A DNA stretch of 64,000 nt, from assembly GCA_963665815.1 (NCBI GenBank), contig OY762463.1, positions 512,001 to 576,000 on the forward strand, read 5' to 3'. The stretch comes from Candidatus Cloacimonadales bacterium (GTDB lineage Bacteria > Cloacimonadota > Cloacimonadia > Cloacimonadales > JAIOQZ01). Position numbers and translations under genes: made by a program. A model generated the notes under the pieces. It was not told where the DNA came from and did not search any database. It saw nothing but the letters and a program-made list of their open reading frames with translations. This document shows positions 58,775-64,000 of this stretch, piece after piece (the stretch's first letter is position 1; every line of letters starts with the position of its first letter).

Positions 58775-61591
58775 CTATTTATATATCACACCAATTCTGG
58801 CCTGATATTTCTTCAGCCATTCCTGATACTTCTCTTCCCGAAGCTGCTCACGAAAAGCTTTTCTTTCTTTGTAATAACGAGATTTATTCCCCTTCACAAT
58901 TCTGTCTACTCTATAGAACATGTAGTGGTCATCATCCAATCTGATAGGAGAACTGTAATCACCAGGTTTTCTTCTCAACAAATCTTGAATAACAGCGTCA
59001 CTGTATTTTATTCCAGGGATTTCACTTTTGATAGAAAGATCCTTTAATGTTACCCATTCTCCAAAAACTTTCAGCAGGTAATCCGGAGAGCGTCCCAGCT
59101 TCAACTCAGAAATTAACTCGTTAATGTATTCTTTTATCATAACCTGTCTTGATTTCTCATAGAGCTTAGTTTTTATCAAAGGTAAAGCTGTTTCAAAATC
59201 AGCAGGTTCAGATGTCCTCTTTTTGATAAGGAAAACAACTGCTGCACCTGTTTCGGTTTTGACAATACTTGAGTACTTCTCGTTGTTCCAGAGCAACATC
59301 AGTTTACGTTTAAGGTGTTTGATATTACCAAGAGGAGGAAAGTCCAGATCAGCATCCTGAAACTCAGTTTTGAACACAAGAGAGTCACCATATTTAATGC
59401 ACTCACCAAAATATGTGAGAGAATCAAACACAGCCTTAGCTTTAGAAAAAGCAGTATCTCTCGCTGCTTCCATTCTCAGTTTATTTCTAATGCTTTCTTT
59501 GGTCTGATTAAATGTAAGATAAGCAGGGCTGTAATTCTTAATCTTATAGAATATAAACCAGCCATTATCATAAAAAACAGGTTGAGAAACATCTCCTTCG
59601 GAGACCTGTCTGAGCATCTTAGATATTTCTTCAGGCAAGGATTTGTATTCCCTTCTACTGTTACGCACAAGACTGTAAGGATCAGAAATTACACTACCTG
59701 ACATCTGGAAAACCTCGGCACTTAGCTGAAAACTCAAATCAGTAACATACTTGTTTCTAATCTTCTTCTCATCTTTTATATAAATATAGTCATACAAAAC
59801 CGACTCATCCATATAATATTCTTTCTCATGCTGATCGAAGTAATCTTTCAACACATCGTCTTCAATCTCAATGTTTGAGGCGTCATATGGGAAATACACA
59901 CCTCCGAGCTGAAGGCTGTCCGGAATAGTAAAACTGGATGAATTCTCTTCAAAGTATTTTCTGTGCATTTCAGTGTCGTACTCAATTTCATCTCTGGTCT
60001 TTATCTTCTGAATATCCTGAGCAACTTCCTCATATGCAGGAATATAGCCAGGGATAAGAGTATTAAGTTTATAGAAATAGTATTGACCATCAATGTAAAC
60101 AAATCCCGGTGTTCCATCATAACTTTCATCATTGATCACTTCACCAATAAAATCCAGAACCTTGGTTTTATTTTCCATTTTCTCAAGATAAATCCGTTCA
60201 TCCGATATTATAAAACCATATTCAGAACAGATTTTCTCAAGTTTCTTTGTCCTGAAACTGTTTTTAAGAATCAATTTTTTAATATTCTCAATCTTTTGCT
60301 CAGTTTCCCTGTTCACAATAGCTGTATGAATTTTATCTTTAACTTCTGCATAAGGCATCACCTCTCCAAAAGTAGTAAATTCCATGATGTTATCTTCATA
60401 GTATTTTTTCTTTTCAGTTTCAGTGATATTCCTGACTACTTTTACTTTGGATGTATCAATTGGAATAGTAGTAACACGAGCAATTTTCACTTTGAATGAA
60501 TCAATATTTGCCCTGAAATATTCTATATTATCTGTACTGAATTTACCTTTTCTACTGGAATTTATATAATCTTCCCAGACCTGATCCGATACTTCTTCAA
60601 ACTCAGCAAGAGATGGCTCAATTCTGTTCTTAACTTTGAGAATAAGATAACCGTTTCGGAATTCCCGTATTACCGGTTGAGATGAAACTACATCATGAAA
60701 TGCATCGGCAACAATATCCTTTGACTCTGGATAACTACCGAAGCTTTGACCTTCCTTAAGGTAATCCGTATCAAGACTATAGAACTCAGATTGAAAGTTA
60801 TACCTTAAGTTATTTGCAAACTTGAAAGCTTCTTCGTGAACCAGTATTTCCTTAACAACAACTGCGAGACTGTCCTTAACTTCCGGGAACGTTGCCTGAG
60901 CTCCGATACCTGAATCCACATAGTATTTTGTCAGAACAGAGTCAGTCACTTTTAGATCATTCACGAAGAGGCTATCAGGTATATATGTAAACATGAGCTT
61001 TATTTTTTCAGGAGATTTATATTTTTCTCTATTACTCTCAAAAAAAGCATATGCTTCTTCAGGATGAAAGTCTGTTGAAATATCCAACTTATTATCATCT
61101 ATTACAATGTAGCTCATATCAAAACTGATCTTTCTTTTTACATATTCTTCCTTAAGCTGTTCATCGGAAATATTGAAAGTATCGAACACAATTGATTTCA
61201 TCTTGCTTATAAGCAGATCGTGTTTAAGGTCATTCAATATCTTTTGTACTTTTTTCTTCTGCTTAGCTTTTATATACTTTGCCTTACTGAATGATCCATT
61301 GTCCTGAAACATCGGGTGATTCCCATATTCAGTAATGAAAAAGTCATCAACTTCCTGTTCGGAGACATTGACGCCAATCTCTTCAGCATAGTTCATCAAG
61401 GTCTTTTCTTCAATAAGATTGTTTATGATCTTATTATATTTAGCTCTACCAAGTAAATCGGATTTATCTGCTAACCATGCCCTGTCAATCTCCTTACGAG
61501 TGATTGTTAAGTCACCGACTGTAATTTTTGTTACAGCATTAAGTGATAATGCAATTGCTAACAGGACAAAACACAATACATGTTTTCTCAA
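58775..61591 (-). CDS. SurA/PpiD-like periplasmic chaperone with repeated parvulin-like modules
   Basis: Signal peptide; SurA-N-like start; repeated Y(F/Y)xxN...F...EV motifs; GDVSQPVFYDNGWFI. Confidence 0.7.
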   Translation of the reverse strand: MRKHVLCFVLLAIALSLNAVTKITVGDLTITRKEIDRAWLADKSDLLGRAKYNKIINNLIEEKTLMNYAEEIGVNVSEQEVDDFFITEYGNHPMFQDNGSFSKAKYIKAKQKKKVQKILNDLKHDLLISKMKSIVFDTFNISDEQLKEEYVKRKISFDMSYIVIDDNKLDISTDFHPEEAYAFFESNREKYKSPEKIKLMFTYIPDSLFVNDLKVTDSVLTKYYVDSGIGAQATFPEVKDSLAVVVKEILVHEEAFKFANNLRYNFQSEFYSLDTDYLKEGQSFGSYPESKDIVADAFHDVVSSQPVIREFRNGYLILKVKNRIEPSLAEFEEVSDQVWEDYINSSRKGKFSTDNIEYFRANIDSFKVKIARVTTIPIDTSKVKVVRNITETEKKKYYEDNIMEFTTFGEVMPYAEVKDKIHTAIVNRETEQKIENIKKLILKNSFRTKKLEKICSEYGFIISDERIYLEKMENKTKVLDFIGEVINDESYDGTPGFVYIDGQYYFYKLNTLIPGYIPAYEEVAQDIQKIKTRDEIEYDTEMHRKYFEENSSSFTIPDSLQLGGVYFPYDASNIEIEDDVLKDYFDQHEKEYYMDESVLYDYIYIKDEKKIRNKYVTDLSFQLSAEVFQMSGSVISDPYSLVRNSRREYKSLPEEISKMLRQVSEGDVSQPVFYDNGWFIFYKIKNYSPAYLTFNQTKESIRNKLRMEAARDTAFSKAKAVFDSLTYFGECIKYGDSLVFKTEFQDADLDFPPLGNIKHLKRKLMLLWNNEKYSSIVKTETGAAVVFLIKKRTSEPADFETALPLIKTKLYEKSRQVMIKEYINELISELKLGRSPDYLLKVFGEWVTLKDLSIKSEIPGIKYSDAVIQDLLRRKPGDYSSPIRLDDDHYMFYRVDRIVKGNKSRYYKERKAFREQLREEKYQEWLKKYQARIGVIYK

Positions 61592-61594
61592 AAA

Positions 61595-63139
61595 CTACTC
61601 CCATTCGATTGTTGCAGGAGGTTTAGAGCTGATGTCATACACTACTCTGTTAACTCCCCTGACTTCATTTATTATTCTGCTCGATACTTTTTTAAGGAAC
61701 CAGTAAGGAAACTCTGTCCAATCTGCAGTCATTCCATCAGAAGATCCAACTGCTCTTAAAGCACAAACATTCTCATATGTTCTCTCATCCCCCATAACAC
61801 CAACAGACTGAATAGGCAGAAGTACTGCAAATGCCTGCCAGGTTTCATGGTACAAGTTTTCCTTGTATAATTCTTCAATGAATATGGAATCTATTTCCTG
61901 AAGTAATGTTACTTTTTCAGGAGTAATATCACCAATAATTCTGATTGCCAGTCCGGGACCGGGAAATGGATGTCTGTCAACCAGACGTGAAGATAGTCCA
62001 AGTTCTCTACCGGCAAGTCGAACTTCATCTTTGAACAATTCTCTTAAAGGCTCAACAAGTTTGAGATTCATTTTCTCAGGTAAACCACCAACATTATGAT
62101 GTGATTTTATTGTTGCAGAAGGTCCCTTAAAGGAGACACTTTCGATAACATCCGGATATAAAGTCCCCTGAGCCAGAAAGATAGCATCAGAATGTTTTTT
62201 AGCTTCCTGATCGAATATTTCGATAAATGTATGTCCTATGATTTTACGTTTTTCTTCAGGATCAGATACACCTTTCAAACGTCCAAGGAACAGATCTCCT
62301 GCTCTAACTGTATTCAGTTTAAGACCAAAAGCAGATGCAAAAGCTTCTTCTACATCCTCAACTTCGTTCTTTCTTAACAGTCCTGTATCAACAAAAATCG
62401 GAATAAGCTGATCTCCAATAGCTTTATAAAGAAGTCCGGCTGTTACAGAGGAGTCTACACCACCGCTGAGTCCAAGTATTACTTTATTGCTACCTATCTG
62501 TTCTTTCATCTCTGCAATAGAATTACTTACGAATGAAACAGGAGTCCAGTCTCTTTTAAAATCATACAGCTTCAGGAAGTTATCAATAATCATCAAACCG
62601 TTTTCGGTGTTAACAACTTCCGGATGAAACTGAAGTGCATACAAACCCTTTTCGATATTGGCAATTGCAGAGTATGGTGAGTTTTCAGTATGAGCAATTT
62701 TTTCGAATCCTTCAGGAAGGTTCACAACACCGTCTCCATGACTCATCCACACGTTTTCCTCTTCATTCAATCCAGCAAAGAGATTATCATGTGTATCAAT
62801 TTTGATTTTTGCATAACCGTATTCTTTTTTGTCAGCAGTTTCCACTTTACCTTTGAAGTGTGATGTCATAAGCTGCATACCGTAACAAATCCCCAGAATT
62901 GGAATATTCAAGTCCCATATTCTTTCATCAGGGATAGGTGCATCTACTCTGTTTACACTGTATGGTGAACCGGAGAGAATCAACACTTTTGGCTGTTTCT
63001 TTTCAATCTCAGAGAATTCAATATTAAAAGGCACAATTTCTGAGTATATATTTAGTTTTCTAATACATTTTGCGATTAATTGGGTATACTGAGATCCAAA
63101 ATCCAGGATCAATGCTGTCTCATGCTGAGTATACGACAT
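61595..63139 (-). CDS. guaA: GMP synthase (glutamine-hydrolysing)
   Basis: DFGSQYTQLI, GICYGMQ, QFHPE, SGGVDS, KPPATIEWE. Confidence 0.98.
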   Translation of the reverse strand: MSYTQHETALILDFGSQYTQLIAKCIRKLNIYSEIVPFNIEFSEIEKKQPKVLILSGSPYSVNRVDAPIPDERIWDLNIPILGICYGMQLMTSHFKGKVETADKKEYGYAKIKIDTHDNLFAGLNEEENVWMSHGDGVVNLPEGFEKIAHTENSPYSAIANIEKGLYALQFHPEVVNTENGLMIIDNFLKLYDFKRDWTPVSFVSNSIAEMKEQIGSNKVILGLSGGVDSSVTAGLLYKAIGDQLIPIFVDTGLLRKNEVEDVEEAFASAFGLKLNTVRAGDLFLGRLKGVSDPEEKRKIIGHTFIEIFDQEAKKHSDAIFLAQGTLYPDVIESVSFKGPSATIKSHHNVGGLPEKMNLKLVEPLRELFKDEVRLAGRELGLSSRLVDRHPFPGPGLAIRIIGDITPEKVTLLQEIDSIFIEELYKENLYHETWQAFAVLLPIQSVGVMGDERTYENVCALRAVGSSDGMTADWTEFPYWFLKKVSSRIINEVRGVNRVVYDISSKPPATIEWE

Positions 63140-63143
63140 AATA

Positions 63144-63725
63144 TTATCCTTTTTTAATTTTTTTAAATTCTATTTCGTAGTTTTTGTATTGTAATTTATG
63201 AGTTGTATATCTGGATGGAATACGTCTGAAAAAAATGAAACCGGATTTCTGATTTCCGGGGTTGAGTTTACCAAAGTAGAAAGAATTCTGCATCAAATTT
63301 CTTCTTGTAATCTCATAGTCATTTTCCAGAGTATTAATTGATTCAGTATCATTATATAGAATTGCCCTTTTTGACAATACTCTCTGACCATAGAAATCCA
63401 GAACATCTTCATCCGGGAATGCATCATATTGATTCCCGTACTCATCTGCAAGTTTCAGATCTTCAGCCTCAATAACAATCTGTTTATCAGACCTGTTCTT
63501 AATAATAACATAGTAAGTGGTATAGTATTCAGACACATCCATGGGATCCATATTCCAGTATCTGTTTGCTGCAATCAGCTTGATATCATCAGTTTGAAGC
63601 ACACCATATTCCTCATCTGTTTTAACAGAATCGGTTGCGATCGGCATAAACTGCTGACCACAACCAATTACTGATAATATCATTAAGACAAGAACGTACA
63701 ATGTGACTCTATACTTCGTCTCCAT
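63144..63725 (-). CDS. Hypothetical lipoprotein
   Basis: Lipobox VIGC; start overlaps the gyrA stop; exact start uncertain. Confidence 0.7.
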   Translation of the reverse strand: METKYRVTLYVLVLMILSVIGCGQQFMPIATDSVKTDEEYGVLQTDDIKLIAANRYWNMDPMDVSEYYTTYYVIIKNRSDKQIVIEAEDLKLADEYGNQYDAFPDEDVLDFYGQRVLSKRAILYNDTESINTLENDYEITRRNLMQNSFYFGKLNPGNQKSGFIFFRRIPSRYTTHKLQYKNYEIEFKKIKKG

Positions 63726-64000
63726 CAGTTTCTTCATCTTTGTTGCTCTCTTCTTCATCGAATTCAGACACGTCATCATCACCTAAGTTATCAGAACTGT
63801 CATCTTCGATTTCTTCATCAATATTCTCTACAGAAACTATATCAGCTTCTGTTATTTCTTCATCATCATCTTCTTCTGCGATAATTCTTGTAATGTCATA
63901 AACTCTGTCTTTCTCACTAAGGTTAATCAGTCTTACTCCCTGAGTATTTCTTCCAATAACACTTATTTTATCAACACCTTGTCTGATTATCATTCCGGAA
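63709..64000 (-). CDS. gyrA: DNA gyrase subunit A, C-terminal end (partial)
   Basis: IIR...ISVIGRNTQGVRLINL pinwheel repeat followed by an acidic tail. Confidence 0.9.
   Translation of the reverse strand, partial: SGMIIRQGVDKISVIGRNTQGVRLINLSEKDRVYDITRIIAEEDDDEEITEADIVSVENIDEEIEDDSSDNLGDDDVSEFDEEESNKDEETDGDEV

Overview
A 64 kb AT-rich bacterial chromosomal window. The signal-peptide proteins ending in a 'YPNPF...WNGKD...GxY' FlgD-Ig/T9SS-like C-terminal domain suggest an FCB-group lineage such as Cloacimonadota (inference). The backbone is housekeeping: topB, ycaQ-like, rnr, yicC, tilS-hpt-ftsH-hslV-hslU, pepA, nadE, wecB/wbpI-like, wbpB-like, cysC-cysD-cysN, a SurA/PpiD-like chaperone, guaA and the 3' end of gyrA. 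Three accessory patches interrupt it. (1) About 6.5-13.7 kb: an IS256-like element, an array of orphan cassettes (variable ORF, one with HExxH, plus a secreted beta-propeller partner) joined by a ~360 bp repeat, and a 200-bp tandem array built from a tRNA-Pro-like gene. That gene has a CAG anticodon and a 23-nt hairpin insertion; in three copies the T-arm is replaced by a TCCCGAT-NN-ATCGGGA palindrome. (2) About 27.7-32.1 kb: a repeat-rich spacer where the same palindrome replaces other small motifs, a duplicated promoter, an amber-interrupted DUF3788-like gene, an LPO_1073-like gene and an orphan terminase small subunit. (3) About 38.4-44.1 kb: an LRR protein, a duplicated pair of Imm32-like paralogs and several GTAG-type REP-like repeats. 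All family calls come from motif recognition by eye; no searches were run.
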